DNA of 64,000 nucleotides from Selaginella moellendorffii (GCF_000143415.4 NW_003314339.1:613751-677750), one strand, 5' to 3'; counted from the stretch's first letter, positions 33,957 through 48,418 are shown. Made by a program: numbers and translations. The notes: generated from the letters alone by a model not told the origin.

Positions 33957-35484
33957 ATGTCTCTCAGCTCCATTTTCGACGAGGGGATTCTCAAGGCGGA
34001 GCTCCAGCGCCATGGCATCAAGCCGCTACACGTCTACACCATCTGGAGGTAACATTCTCCATCGCGAATGGATGGATCGATCGCTCAATCGTCTCGTTCG
34101 TGCCCAGGCATGTCATGGATCACCCAAACGCGGCGTTGCACCAGGTACCGGGGCTGCCTGGCGCGCTCTATCCACTGCTGCGTACTCGATTTAAGGCGCT
34201 CACGTCCACATTGGCCGCTCACTCCACCTCCGCGAACGGCACTACCACCAAGCTCCTCCTCCAGCTCCAAGTAAAGTTTTTTTATGTTGTTGCTTCCTTC
34301 TATCTCAGGCTTGTTCTCGTGTGCTTAGAACAGAGTGGCCAATCTGTGGAGACAGTGATCATGCGGCATCACGGTGGAGCTGGGAAGTACGCCGGGGGCC
34401 CGAGACCTGGATCCGATCGTGCGACGCTCTGCGTCTCGTCTCAAGTGAGTGACTCGATCTCGCCTTTGGTTTTTTTGAGTGATTCTACTCGAAGTTCTTC
34501 AACTTCTAGGTGGGCTGCAAGATGGGCTGTAGCTTCTGCGCGACTGGGACGATGGGCTTCGTGGCCAACCTGACCGCGGGAGAGATTGTGGAGCAGTATG
34601 TTCACGCATCAAGGATGAGCCCCATCAGGAACATTGTTTTCATGGTGCGTTTCCTCCATGGAGTCCTATCAGATCTCACGCACTGTTTCTTCATTGAGCA
34701 GGGGATGGGAGAGCCTCTTAACAACTATAACTCGGTGGTGCAAGCCGTACAAACACTCACTGGACGCTGCTTTGGCCTGTCGCCAAGTCGTATCACCATC
34801 TCCACTGTAAGAAGTCTCAAACAAAACTCTTGTTTCAGCGCCTCCATCTTTTCCTTCCAGGTGGGAATTGTGCCTCGGATACTCTCGGTAGCAGGCGATC
34901 TCCCTGGCGTCAACCTGGCGCTCTCACTCCACGCTCCCACTCAAGCACTGCGCTGCCAGATCGTACCAGCCTCCCGGGCCTTCACGCTTGACAAGCTCAT
35001 GGCCGCCGTGGATGCGTATCAAGCATCAAGGTGAGCTCCAGCTCGAAGCTCCAGTTGTGTGAGTACTCACTCTCTCCCGTCCAGCAATCGCACGCTCTTC
35101 ATCGAGTACGTGATGTTGCAAGATGTCAACGATTCCTCTCAAGACGCTCGTCAGCTCGGGTGCCTGCTGCGAGACCGTAAAGTCGTAAGTTCTCCAGGTT
35201 GGTTTCTCGTCCCAGAGATTGAGATTTCATTGCAGGTGCTCAATCTCATCCCTTACAACCACACTTTTGTGGTTGGCGACTACAGGGCGACTCCGGCGGA
35301 TCGCGTGCACCACTTCCAGAAGATCGTCCGAGAAGAGTTTGGGATCCGCACGACCGTCCGCCAGGAAATGGGACAGGACATCGATGGAGCTTGCGGGCAG
35401 CTCGCTCTCAAGAAACTCGAAGCTTCACCAGATATGGAGGACATCTTCCTCGATCTCCAAAGGAGAGAAGAGAGTCGGAGATAG
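33957..35484 (+). CDS. Radical-SAM RNA methyltransferase, RlmN family
   Basis: TLCVSSQVGCKMGCSFCATG (CxxxCxxC), MGMGEPLNN, LALSLHAP, GQDIDGACGQL. Confidence 0.92.
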
Positions 35485-35536
35485 AACCAAAAATCTCTCT
35501 TTTTTATTTTGGCTACGTGAAAGAAGAACAAACGCA

Positions 35537-37068
35537 TCAGGCTTCTCGATTTTTCTTCCTCCGCCACACGGTCTTCCCTCTTACGAGTTCTGAGCCGTCA
35601 CTCTGCAATCGCAAGAGGTGAAGCAGGCACGGCGGCTGCTCCACAGTCTCCTCGCCACTTCCGCCAAAGTTCGCTGTCTTCGTTTCCAAATTGTCGTCCG
35701 CGATCAAGCAATCTGCGTGTTGTACCCAGGTCATCGACTCTACAACGTCATTCTGGCCGCATTCTCGCCGGTACTCCAAAGTTAAGCTCGATACTTCGTG
35801 GTCTTGAACAATAGAGAGAGGCACGCTCTACACAACCCGAGCGAGTTAGAGAGACCGCGGCTTCAACTTTAAAATGTTATATATCTCACCTCGAGCATCC
35901 ATCCGATGTATTTTACGTTGTTCACGTGCTGGTTCATGTCCAAATCTCCATGCCTTGGCTGCAAATGCAAAGATGATACTTTAAAAAAAGCGCAGGAAAG
36001 AGAAAGGAAAGTGAGATGGATACTCACTGTCAAACCCGAGCGGGCAAACTGTGTAGCGCCATCGACCTTGGTGATTTTGTGCGAGACGTTTCTGACAATG
36101 GCGCGTCTTTGGAGATAGAATGGAGTTATTTCCTCCCGGACGTCGTCGGGCATCTTAGAAAGCCTCCTCGTCGTCTGATTCATCACCACCCAGGTGCTGC
36201 AAGAACAAGCTCATGAATGCTTCCATCACAACCAAATCTCACAGCACACCTTGTTGCTCTGGCCAAAATCTGGCCCGACTTGTAGTCTCGCATGAGCCAG
36301 TCCCTGCGCATGCCATTTTTACCCGACGCGTCCACCCAAGTATCGATCTCAATCGCATCGCCCCTACAAAGATCCACAAAGATCGTCACAAAGTCTGGAA
36401 CAAAAGAAGAAAGTGAGCATACCATGAAGCGTAGCGCTCTACTTGGACATGCACTCTCGACACCACCCATATCAATCGGTGCCGGATCATTGCATGCGTT
36501 GCTCCAAATCCATCTCCAGCAAGCCCGGACATCCAGACGTGGTTTAACGCAACCTCCTGGAAAACCATCACTAGAAACTCTGTGATCACTTGTCCAGAGC
36601 TTACGAAGAGGAGCACTGAGAGAGCTCACTCACCTGGAAATGGTTCATGAGTGTTTCTATGGAGGCCGTCTTGTCCACCCCGACTTCATACGATCGAATG
36701 ACGAAGGTCTGGCGATAGACGAGCCTCCCTTCCACGAGCCTGCCCTGCCTTTGAGATTCCAGCGCCAGACTGTAAGGCCGGGGCGATGCCACCAGGAGCG
36801 CTGCTATGGCTGCCAGCACCGTGTTGAGCGAGGAAGCGCCGCCCTTTTGCAACTCCTGGCCGGGATTTCCGTTCAGCTTGGAGGATTCCAGGCGCGTCCC
36901 GTTGATCGCCAATTCATCCGCCTTGGTTGCCTCCTGGAGGCTACTCCTCGCCGCGATCCTCGACCTTGGAAACAAATACCTCAGCTCCGCCGATCCATGG
37001 AAGAAGCGATACGACGACGTCGATGCCGTGCTCGCGGAGCTGATCCTCGACACTGGAAAAGCATCCAT
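35537..37068 (-). CDS. Acyl-ACP thioesterase (FatB/FatA family), plastid
   Basis: YRQTFVIRSYEVGVDKTASIETLMNHFQE, GKNGMRRDW, DLDMNQHVNNVKYIGWMLE, LTLEYRREC. The start codon is uncertain. Confidence 0.92.
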
Positions 37069-37365
37069 GGAACCTCGCCAGGGCCGATTCCCCGATGCCA
37101 CACCTGACGATCGTGCATGCGCTACAAACTCGTAGATCCGCCGCGCATCACAATGCACGGCGCTAGAATCCTGTGCCGGAGCTGCTGGATCGCGCGACCG
37201 AGCGTTGGAGATCACAGTGGCGCCATCCCCGCCGCCCTCCACGGCACCGGCGAAACGCGAGAGAGGAAATCTCAATACCAAAGAAAAAGGGGGAATTAAT
37301 TAGTGCTAACTTAAACTGGATGGTCCTTAACTGTACGCGTGGCAGTGCGTTGCCGGCTGGCTGGC

Positions 37366-38693
37366 TTAGCTGTCCGCCCGTACCACGGCAGCCAGACCCT
37401 CCCTGTACGACGGAAACATGAGCTCCACTCCCAGTTCTTCCTTGATCCTCTTGTTCATCACGCGCTTCTCCGCCGCCGCGCTTCCTCCATCACCATTTCC
37501 TGGCGATTCTTCCTTAAGTTCCATCCCCAGGAGCTCCATTCCAAAGGCCGCAACCTCAGATCTCGGGGCCGGATCGTCGTCGACGACGTTGTAGATTCTC
37601 CTGCGTTTGCTACCAAGTTAGAGCTGGATCGACAACCGGTTTTGAGGTACCCGGAATGTGGTGACTCCATGCTCGCCATCAGGACCTGGCACACGTCCGA
37701 GACGTGGATTCTCGAGGTGAAGCGACGGGAATGCCTCGCTTCACTCACTCTTCGTTGCCTAGCGCCTTGTAAAGTATCCAGGACGCTGGAAAGGAAACAA
37801 ACAAAACCACTAACTCAGATAGAACAATATGGGATTACCTCCGACCAGGACCGTAGATTCCACCAGCTCGGAAAATTTGCACTGACGCATTACTGTGCTG
37901 AAGCTCTAGCCACGAGTTCTCGGCGGCAACCCTCGCTTTTGACTTTCTATCCACTGGCTTCGCCTGCGTGCTGCAATTGCTTTGTTGGTTTAGTTATAAA
38001 ACAGAAGCTTGCTTTTAGAAAATACTCACCTTTCGTCCACCCAGCCGCCTCGGTGATCGCCATATACTCCTCCAAAACGTAAGTCAGTCAATCACAAAGT
38101 TTACAATCACAAAACCAATATACCAGTGGAAGATATGTATCCAATCCAGCGAAGTGCACGACACCTAGCTTCTATGTCCTCCAAGTGCATTTTCAAGACC
38201 TGCGAGCAACGACATACTCAAATGCATCAATCCCCAGAACGTACCATGTCTGTCAGTGTATCCGGGTCCGGAGGCACACAGCTGACGAGATGAGTTGCTT
38301 GGTATAATGCCTCCAAGCCACCGTTGCTGGGGAACGACACCGAAGTTCAGTTCAGGCGGCCGAAGCAAAGAAAATGACATGGTTCTTACTCGAGACTGAC
38401 ACCAGGGCCGAAAATGTAAGCATCCACTCCGTAACATTCTTCCAGCGTCCTCCTCTTTTCCGCGCTGCGGCAAGTCCCAGAAACCTTCCTGCTAGTCTTA
38501 CGAGTATTGGTAAAAAACAAAACTTTGAAACAAACAGGAACACTAACCATCCCTTGGTACGAAGTTGCTTTCCAAGTTCAACCCCTGTGTAACCAAGGCC
38601 AAACACGAACATGGACTGGTTCGTGCTCGTTTCCAGCACCTCATTCTTCGTCTTCAACAGCCCTCCTGAACAAGACCACACTATGGTTTGCAT
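37366..38693 (-). CDS. NAD(P)-binding Rossmann atypical SDR (YeeZ-like epimerase/dehydratase)
   Basis: MFVFGLGYTG, TSRIHVSDVCQVL, YNVVDDDPAPRSEV, EKRVMNKRIKEELGVELMFPSYREGL. Confidence 0.85.
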
Positions 38694-38861
38694 CTTACTT
38701 TCTACTTACACCAGTGGCAGCCCCAGAGATGAATATTGCTTTGCTTTACAACAAACTGAGCTGTACAGCGGCCCTTTTAGGCCAAACGTTGCCAAATGTC
38801 CCCCCCTCCCTCCCCGGATCCCACAGAACACTAGGTACCTAAGTATTAAAACACACCAAGG

Positions 38862-41800
38862 TCAGCGCTTTTGGAAATTGATGTACTTGATGGAATACGC
38901 AAACCCAAACCAGAAAACCACGATGTAGGCAATAAGGACAGCAACGCAGTATCCAAGCCAATCGTGCCTGAAGCCAAAGTAGTGCCGCAAAAACACGTCC
39001 ACCTGAATCGTACCATAGCCTTGTGCAGTCATACGTTCCTTGACGTCTCCTAACTGCGAGCCGATCAGGCCATATAGAGTCCAGGCAATTGGACTGATCC
39101 AGTAGAACCAGACCCACCAGCCAGGGATAAGCTGCCAGAGTAGAAAAAAGAAGCATTAGTTCCCGTGGACTGTCGAAATGTATACTCACGGGCTGTGGTA
39201 TGATAAACCCGGAGAAAAGATTCCATAGGGAGTAAAATGCAGAAGAGATGACCGCTGCTAGTTGCTGCGACGGCGTCAGGCCAATGGCCATCATCCCGTA
39301 AACCGTGAAGTACGTGAAAGTTAGAAACATGAAGAGCAAATACCAAAAGAATTTGGCTGCAAAAAACAGCGCATCATTATTCCAAGGCCACCAGTTTATA
39401 CTCACTAGCAGTACCGGCAGTCCACTCAAAATGGATCATTGAGTAAGTGACGAGCCCGTATATGATAGTTTGCAGTACAAGGTACGGGATCTCGATGGCA
39501 CCCTGTGAAGCACTCGAGCTTCAGCGCAAAAGATAGAAATTACTTGTGCTTACTTGTGCGAAGGCATACGGCAAAGGCGAGTACATTCCAGCCGCTCTTT
39601 CGCGATAAAAGACCGTGCGCTCAACGGAGACAATCGGTTGTACGCTTGAAGCGTTATTGATCCCAAGAAACAACACCGCTGCATAGAGAGCTCCCATGAC
39701 GTTAAACAGATCTTGTTGGCTACCCCTGGGAGCAAAACAACATGTTTTAGAAAAACTTTGTTGACTTGTAATCAAAGACTGTACCTTTTGCTTCCTATGT
39801 CCCAGAAAACAGAGCCAAAAATCAAAGCACAAATCAGAGTAAAGAAAAATCGAACAGCGTTGTAATTTGGGCTGCGCCAGTACGTCAAGTTTTGCTTCCA
39901 CAAGCATGCTTTAAACTGTGTCATTGAATCCTGAGAATACTCCGTTGGAAAAGAGAGATCTCTGGAACTAGGTGGTGGCACACTCAGTTCCTCGATAAGC
40001 TCTTCTATTTCCCTGCAGAGAAATGATGCATATTTTATCAGAAAGCAAGACTGATGTACCTGTGTAAATCCGAAACAGAGTAAATGTCAGCAAAGTCCTT
40101 TTTCAGCCGCGCCTCTGCCGCAGGACTAGTTACTTCAAGCATCCATGTTGCAGGATTATATCCGTCTTTAATAATTGGAACGCCTTCAACGGTCTGTGGA
40201 TTTTATGCAAGCGTTAGCCTCTGACAAGCCCATGAAAGGCATACCATGAAATAATCAATCATCGTTTGAGAGTTCTCCCCGAGCGGTCCCATGTAGATGA
40301 CACGACCACCTCTTTTCATCAGCAAGAGCTCGTCGAAAGCCTCAAAGATGTCTATACTTGGCTGATGAATCGTGCAAACTACAGTACGCCCTGTATCAAC
40401 AGTATTTCTGACTGTCCTCATCACTATCGCGGCAGCACGAGCATCCAGTCCGGATGTGGGCTCATCCATAAAGATTATTGAAGGATTGGCCACGAGTTCC
40501 ACAGCAATGGTCAGCCTTTTCCGTTGCTCAGTAGAGAGACCGGTGCTCCCTGGAAGGCCCACCAGAGCATTTCTTAGCGTATCCAGCTCCACCAGGGACA
40601 TTATTTCCTCCACAAACGCCTGCAACCAAAACAACATGAGACAAAACCATGCGAAAAACAAAATCCCTCTTACATATCTGGTAGTTTTGTTCACTTCTCG
40701 TGGAAGCCGTAGCCACGAGGAATACAGTAAAGACTCGTAAACGGTCACTTGAGGGGAGTGAATGTCCGTCTGCTCCACGTATCCAGAAATACGAGCGAAA
40801 GTCTTCTGAACTTTGGAGTAGCCAGATACTCGTATATCACCTTCTATATATCCACCCGTCTTTCTCCCAGCAAGAACATCCATCAGCGTCGTCTTGCCCG
40901 CACCGCTTACACCGACAAGAGCAGTCAAGACACCAGGCCTGAATGCACCGCTCACATTACGAAGAAGCTGTAGTCGAGCGTCAGTCAGGCCCTGGCTTCT
41001 CATTTCCTGATAGCCACAAACGATAGTGCTCAACAGAGAGCAAAAGATAAAAAAAACACGTACTTACAGCAGGCATATCGACGTAGTAGCACATCTTCAA
41101 AAACGTCAAGGACAAAGGCTGAAATGGCAAGATCATTCCTTTCTTCTTGCCTGAATCTCTTTTTTCCAGTGCAGCCACATCCAGAGTCATTTCCGGAGTC
41201 CCATCGGATCGAAACGTTCTCTTTGTTGCTGTTTCTGTAATAAACCTACGAGTAATAAACCTGAGATGATATAATGGCAAGAGAAAGTATCGATCCCTAC
41301 CTGGAACAGCAGCTTCAACTGACGGTGGCTCAACAGGATCCTCTGGGATGACAGCCTGTGGTTTCCCCAGCGCTGTTACAATCGCCAGATCAATTAACTT
41401 AGCACACCAAACCGAGAATGAGAATGCTTACGATCTAGATACGCAAACGCAAGGATCACAACCAGGTTGAACAAGAGCATATACCCGGTCAGCACGCCCA
41501 CTCCCACCCAGTACCACCAACTTTCCAAAAACAATCCTCTTGGCTTCATTATGTTGATATAAAGCTTTCTATATCCAGTGGCAACATTCTGCAAAACAAG
41601 AGTGCTCGAGTAATTAGAATACTCTCACCTTCAACGAAATTAAACCTGGTTCCATCGAGGAGCGAGAAATTCATTCACAGCTATGGCATTCTGTGAATAA
41701 GAGAGAGGCGAAAGCCAGTACCCCCATATCCACCAAGGATGTATGTCATCTGTGATAGCACACAGTTAGCCAGCGCAGCGAAATAAAATAACAAAGAAAG

Positions 41801-44519
41801 GCCAAAACTTACTTCTAGCTATAATAAAACCACCCAACAAAAATACAATAAGAAGAGCGAATGAACCGAAGGTATTTGCTACCACCATATCTCTAGCAAG
41901 AGCTCCAATCAGTCTAAAGATTGCCAATGCCATTTGATGCATCAGCATTAATAGAAACATGTATCGGAAGAACCTGGGGACAAAACATCAACTTTCAGCT
42001 TAAGTAACACAGAAAAGTTGTGCCAATACCTGTCAGCCTCTGGTGTGAAGCCTACGCAATAGTATATAATACAGGACCATATAACCGCTTCCACCACCGA
42101 GTAAGGGATTCTTAGAAACCAGCTCGGCAACGAAAACGCCCAAGCAGGATAGAAGCGATTATCTCTCTGCTTGTAGAAGACAGGAAGCCTATGAACCGTG
42201 ATGGCCATCTCGGAGAAGCCATTAAACATCATGTGAATAAGCGCAAAAAACAAGCAGCCGAGGTACATATTCCCGTAGATTTCATTAGTCGGCTCTATTG
42301 TCGTTCGAAGGAACAACGTTCCCGTAATTATTGCCATTATGGCTACCTGAAACAAAGGAAAACAATAAGAAGATCACGAGGAGCAGAGAAATTGAACTCT
42401 TACCTGAGTAGTTTTAAAAATGTAGAGAAATCTGTGACGTGAAATCAAGAGGATTTCTCGTTGGGTGCATGCCTTGAACAATTCCCAGCTTGACATTGCA
42501 TACTTTCGTTTCGACAGAGCCGCAGGATGGCTGCCTGCTTTGTTATAAGGGGTGGCAAGGTGCGCGCTAAGGTCTTTACCAGCTTGATAATCTTGGAATG
42601 CCTCGGCAAACACCGCGACTGGAATGTACTGGTATGGCCTGCTCTTGTCTGCCCAGTATTGCTTCTGATCCTTCTTCGAGGTTACCTGAAAGGAAAAACT
42701 GTTAGAAGAAAAGAACAGGGAACCAAAAGCAACTCAATACCTCTTGAAGAAAATCAGCAACTCCTTTCCGAGGTGGCAACTTAAAACCCATCAATTCGAA
42801 AAAGTGTAGTATGCTCTCTCTCGGACCGAGATAAACTACGTATCCTTCAGCTAGTAGCAACACGTCGTCAAAAAGGTCATACGTTTCTGGAGGAGGTTGA
42901 AGAAGCGCCATCAGAACTGTCCCTTCGAGCAAATGAACAAAATTTCTGACGCACTTGACGATTTGAAACGTGGTGGAACTATCGAGCCCGGTCGAGATTT
43001 CGTCCATAAAAAGCGTCTTTTTCGGCCCCACAACCATTTCACCTGTGAGGAAGACGTTCTTAAGTTGCTGAGTTCTGTTGTGCTTGGTTGAGGCATTTGA
43101 CTATAAGGCAGGCGGAGGTGTTGTAACCTGTAGTCACGCGTTTCTTCTGCCCTCCTGAGACGCCACGAAGCATTTCATTCCCCACCAAAGTGTCGGCACA
43201 AACTTCTAAGCCAAGCACCTTCATCATGTAGTCTGTAGCCATACTGTGTTTTTTCCCTTTAACAGCCATTGCCTGTAACCATAAAGTTTAGTGGAAAGAC
43301 TAGTCCTTGAAATCTAAACGGCCGGACCTTCATAAAGGCATCGATTTCAGGATCCGGGTGAATGTGTCGCTCCTTCTCTCTGCCGACTAGCTCAGTTAGC
43401 ATCTCTGGAAAAGATCCAAGGAGTAAGAATCTAGCGCCAAAGTTTTTGCTACTACGCACCGTTTTTGTAGCCAACACCTTGGCAGCGAGCAGAAAAATCC
43501 AGTGTCTCTCGGACAGTCATCTCTCCAATATGGTTGTCCTCTTGACCAATATACGCAGAAGTTCCCAGGGGCTCAAACTCGTTGAAGCCATGGCCGTTGT
43601 AAGTTATTGTACCGGTTGCCTGCGGGCAGAAAAGACAGTTTACCGCAAAAGAAAGCAAACCAGGACACACCCTCAGATCCGCTTCAAGTTTTCCAGCGAG
43701 TGCCACCAGCAACGTCGACTTTCCGGCTCCAGGCGGTCCCAGCAAAAGAGTCATTCTGCAAGGAAGGAATCCAGCACCAAGATAAGAGAAATGGAGGTAA
43801 ATGAAGCAGCTCACCTTCCGGGTTTGATGACCCCACTCACGTCCTTGAGAATCTTAAAATCCTTCTTGTCCGATGACATGATCTTCATGGAAACTAGCAT
43901 GTCCTGAGAAGAAAAAAAGAGAGTGGTGTTTGATCTCAATCGATACAGTAAGCCAGTTACCTCCACAAAATTCCTCACGAAGTTTGTGAGGCTTGGTAAA
44001 GCTCTCGATCCAACGTGAACATCAGCACTGATCCGGAGATGCTCGAAGCGAACCTCCACCGTGGGAAGCGCAATGCGGACCCTGTCAAGTCAGTAGTTCT
44101 ACAGTGAGCTCCTCCTCCTCTGCCGAGATGAAAGCCAGCAGCCAAGAATCGATCGATGACACCGACCTCTGGAGGCGCTCCTTGAGCCGCTGCAAGAGGT
44201 GGAGATTGTCTTGATCGGTGGTGGCAAACGCGCTCTCCAACACCCGCTGCCTCTCACCCCTGCTCAGGTACCTCACATCCACCGGGACCTTCTCCTCCTC
44301 GTTCAAAAAAACCATGCGGAGGCGCTCGTAGGCTGGGAACTCCTCCAGCGCTGCCCACATGAGCGCTTCCGCGTCCTCATTGTCCTCCACCGCCACTGAT
44401 TTCCTCGCAAACGGCGTGCCGTGAGCATCGGTGCTGACATTATCCTTCCATACCTTTGACGATCGATGCTCGGGATTTAGAAACAGGCCTCCCATCGGGG
44501 CCGCGGCATCTGCCGCCAT
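38862..44519 (-). CDS. Full-size ABCG (PDR) transporter, ABCG31-like
   Basis: [69 protein letters not shown]-terminal INFQKR*. Confidence 0.95.
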
Positions 44520-44762
44520 TGCTGCGCGCCCTACACACTACTGCCGAGGACGCTAGGGCAACGCGAGCGTCCACACAACATCAGCTCAGGCACGCACGGC
44601 GCCATGACAATGCGGCTGAATCGCAGCCCTATCCCTCCCCCGCGCAGTCCACGCTTTTGAAATGACCAGGCACCAAGAACCCTAATAACGGAAATAAACG
44701 CGTCTTCGAAAGCTAGGGTTATTTGGGGCAAGGTGTAGATCTGCCAGATCCAGGAGGAGGCG

Positions 44763-45362
44763 ATGATGGCGAGCAGTGTGGCAACGCAGCAGCAGAGCTT
44801 GGCGCCGACGCCAGCGGCTCGGGCTTTCCTCTCCCGTCTCTCCGATGGTATGAAGATGGCGGTTGCGCAGCGCAGGCCGTGGAAGGAGCTCGTAGATCGC
44901 AACTCGCTGGCCAAGCCCGAGTCCCTCTCCGACGCCCTGGGCCGGATCCGCAAGAACATCGGCTACTTCAAGATCAATTACATCTTGGTCGTGCTGGGCT
45001 GCATCGCGGCGAGCCTGGTCTATCATCCTCTCTCGCTCCTCACGCTCGGGGTGCTGGCATTCATGTGGTATTACCTCTATCTCGTCCGCACCGAGCCCGT
45101 CGTCCTATTCAATCGGAGCTTCAGCGAGCGCGAGGTGATGATCCTCATGGGGATCGTCTCGGTCGTGGTGGTGTTCCTCCTCTCGGACGTGGGATCGCTG
45201 CTACTGTCGGCGCTCACGATTGGCGCGGTCGCGGTGAGCCTTCATGGGGCTTTTAGAGTTCCGGACGATCTCTTCCTGGACGAGCAAGAGGGCGGCGCTG
45301 GATTCCTCTCCTTCCTTGGATCTACCAGCAGCACCAATCCTCCAGTGGCGAGCCACGTTTGA
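44763..45362 (+). CDS. PRA1 family (prenylated Rab acceptor, PRA1.B-like)
   Basis: RRPWKELVDR..KPESLSDALGRIRKNIGYFKINY; HGAFRVPDDLFLDE. Confidence 0.93.
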   Translation: MMASSVATQQQSLAPTPAARAFLSRLSDGMKMAVAQRRPWKELVDRNSLAKPESLSDALGRIRKNIGYFKINYILVVLGCIAASLVYHPLSLLTLGVLAFMWYYLYLVRTEPVVLFNRSFSEREVMILMGIVSVVVVFLLSDVGSLLLSALTIGAVAVSLHGAFRVPDDLFLDEQEGGAGFLSFLGSTSSTNPPVASHV

Positions 45363-45695
45363 GGATCATCATCAAGCAATGTTTCCAGTTCTACCTATTT
45401 TGCCTATTTTGCTTTGTTGTTGTTCTAGCACATCACACGGAATGTTAAAAGGTTTGATCATCGCGTGGGCTGTTCTCCGCCGTAGGATGAATCGTCGTTG
45501 CCGCGCTGGAAAGTGTAGGCGTGTTGGCACGGATAAAAACTTAGTAACTTAGGGTTTGTGGACGAGAGCTAGGAGCGAGCGATCCACACGCTAGCCCGAT
45601 GTAAGTGATGTCGATCTAAGGCCGCCCTCGGGCGCGCCTCTTGCTGCTAGATAGATTGGAGGCTAGATCGCTAGGAGAGAAGGGGAGGGAATAAA

Positions 45696-46069
45696 ATGGC
45701 GCCCACGGCCACCACGGCAGCAGTGTCAATCCCTCTTCCTTCGCGCCCTCCGCGCCTCGACGCTGTTGTTGCTGCCGACGACGCCGGGGAATTCGACTTC
45801 TCGGACGTTTTTGGGCAACTTCCATCCGTCAAGGAGGGCGAGGCTGCGGATTGGGGCCAGCCGGAGCTCCACTACGTCGCCGACACGCTGGTCATTTGTA
45901 GCCGGTCACACTCGCTGGTTGGGCCGTCTCCTCGTCCCAGCTTGAGAGTTGGCTGCCCGCTGGAGGAATGCGCGGCCGGGGACGATGCTGGTGAGGACTC
46001 CGACTTCTCCGACGCTGTGGATGTGGAGCAGCAGCAGGAATTCGACGACACCACTCGCAAGCTCGGGCC
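45696..46069 (+). CDS. S6 kinase N-terminus, truncated by a gap (redundant copy)
   Basis: Near-identical to 48752-49128 and ends at a 100-N gap. Confidence 0.75.
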
Positions 46070-46169
46070 NNNNNNNNNNNNNNNNNNNNNNNNNNNNNNN
46101 NNNNNNNNNNNNNNNNNNNNNNNNNNNNNNNNNNNNNNNNNNNNNNNNNNNNNNNNNNNNNNNNNNNNN

Positions 46170-47585
46170 ATAAGGCAGGCGGAGGTGTTGTAACCTGTAG
46201 TCACGCGTTTCTTCTGCCCTCCTGAGACGCCACGAAGCATTTCATTCCCCACCAAAGTGTCGGCACAAACTTCTAAGCCAAGCACCTTCATCATGTAGTC
46301 TGTAGCCATACTGTGTTTTTCCCTTTAACAGCCATTGCCTGTAACCATAAAGTTTAGTGGAAAGACTAGTCCTTGAAATCTAAACGGCCGGACCTTCATA
46401 AAGGCATCGATTTCAGGATCCGGGTGAATGTGTCGCTCCTTCTCTCTGCCGACTAGCTCAGTTAGCATCTCTGGAAAAGATCCAAGGAGTAAGAATCTAG
46501 CGCCAAAGTTTTTGCTACTACGCACCGTTTTTGTAGCCAACACCTTGGCAGCGAGCAGAAAAATCCAGTGTCTCTCGGACAGTCATCTCTCCAATATGGT
46601 TGTCCTCTTGACCAATATACGCAGAAGTTCCCAGGGGCTCAAACTCGTTGAAGCCATGGCCGTTGTAAGTTATTGTACCGGTTGCCTGCGGGCAGAAAAG
46701 ACAGTTTACCGCAAAAGAAAGCAAACCAGGACACACCCTCAGATCCGCTTCAAGTTTTCCAGCGAGTGCCACCAGCAACGTCGACTTTCCGGCTCCAGGC
46801 GGTCCCAGCAAAAGAGTCATTCTGCAAGGAAGGAATCCAGCACCAAGATAAGAGAAATGGAGGTAAATGAAGCAGCTCACCTTCCGGGTTTGATGACCCC
46901 ACTCACGTCCTTGAGAATCTTAAAATCCTTCTTGTCCGATGACATGATCTTCATGGAAACTAGCATGTCCTGAGAAGAAAAAAAGAGAGTGGTGTTTGAT
47001 CTCAATCGATACAGTAAGCCAGTTACCTCCACAAAATTCCTCACGAAGTTTGTGAGGCTTGGTAAAGCTCTCGATCCAACGTGAACATCAGCACTGATCC
47101 GGAGATGCTCGAAGCGAACCTCCACCGTGGGAAGCGCAATGCGGACCCTGTCAAGTCAGTAGTTCTACAGTGAGCTCCTCCTCCTCTGCCGAGATGAAAG
47201 CCAGCAGCCAAGAATCGATCGATGACACCGACCTCTGGAGGCGCTCCTTGAGCCGCTGCAAGAGGTGGAGATTGTCTTGATCGGTGGTGGCAAACGCGCT
47301 CTCCAACACCCGCTGCCTCTCACCCCTGCTCAGGTACCTCACATCCACCGGGACCTTCTCCTCCTCGTTCAAAAAAACCATGCGGAGGCGCTCGTAGGCT
47401 GGGAACTCCTCCAGCGCTGCCCACATGAGCGCTTCCGCGTCCTCATTGTCCTCCACCGCCACTGATTTCCTCGCAAACGGCGTGCCGTGAGCATCGGTGC
47501 TGACATTATCCTTCCATACCTTTGACGATCGATGCTCGGGATTTAGAAACAGGCCTCCCATCGGGGCCGCGGCATCTGCCGCCAT
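46170..47585 (-). CDS. Redundant copy of the 5' part of the ABCG gene
   Basis: Near-identical to 43104-44519 and bounded by a 100-N gap. Confidence 0.8.
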
Positions 47586-47818
47586 TGCTGCGCGCCCTAC
47601 ACACTACTGCCGAGGACGCTAGGGCAACGCGAGCGTCCACACAACATCAGCTCCATCAGGCACGCACGGCGCCTTGAGAATGCGGCTGGATCGCAGTCCT
47701 CCGCCCACGTTTTTGAAATGACCAGGCACCAAGAACCCTAATAACGGAAATAAACGCGTCTTCGAAAGCTAGGGTTATTTGGGGCAAGGCGTAGATCTGC
47801 TAGATCCAGGAGGAGGCG

Positions 47819-48418
47819 ATGATGGCGAGCAGTGTGGCAACGCAGCAGCAGAGCTTGGCGCCGACGCCAGCGGCTCGGGCTTTCCTCTCCCGTCTCTCCG
47901 ATGGTATGAAGATGGCGGTTGCGCAGCGCAGGCCGTGGAAGGAGCTTGTAGATCGCAACTCGCTGGCCAAGCCCGAGTCCCTCTCCGACGCCCTGGGCCG
48001 GATCCGCAAGAACATCGGCTACTTCAAGATCAATTACATCTTGGTCGTGCTGGGCTGCATCGCGGCGAGCCTGGTCTATCATCCTCTCTCGCTCCTCNNN
48101 NNNNNNNNNNNNNNNNNNNNNNNNNNNNNNNNNNNNNNNNNNNNNNNNNNNNNNNNNNNNNNNNNNNNNNNNNNNNNNNNNNNNNNNNNNNNNNNNNNNN
48201 NNNNNNNNNNNNNNNNNNNNNNNNNNNNNNNNNNNNNNNNNNNNNNNNNNNNNNNNNNNNNNNNNNNNNNNNNNNNNNNNNNNNNNNNNNNNNNNNNNNN
48301 NNNNNNNNNNNNNNNNNNNNNNNNNNNNNNNNNNNNNNNNNNNNNNNGCGGCGCTGGATTCCTCTCCTTCCTTGGATCTACCAGCAGCACCAATCCTCCA
48401 GTGGCGAGCCACGTTTGA
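47819..48418 (+). CDS. Redundant PRA1 copy with an internal N gap
   Basis: Matches 44763-45362. Gap at 48098-48346. Confidence 0.8.
   Translation: MMASSVATQQQSLAPTPAARAFLSRLSDGMKMAVAQRRPWKELVDRNSLAKPESLSDALGRIRKNIGYFKINYILVVLGCIAASLVYHPLSLLXXXXXXXXXXXXXXXXXXXXXXXXXXXXXXXXXXXXXXXXXXXXXXXXXXXXXXXXXXXXXXXXXXXXXXXXXXXXXXXXXXXXGAGFLSFLGSTSSTNPPVASHV

Noticed and set aside
18457-35484. Functional RNA-modification cluster (TAD1, Tpt1-like, RlmN, RPL9, PNISR)
   Set aside because: The genes are interspersed with unrelated housekeeping genes and likely act in different compartments. Chance is sufficient.
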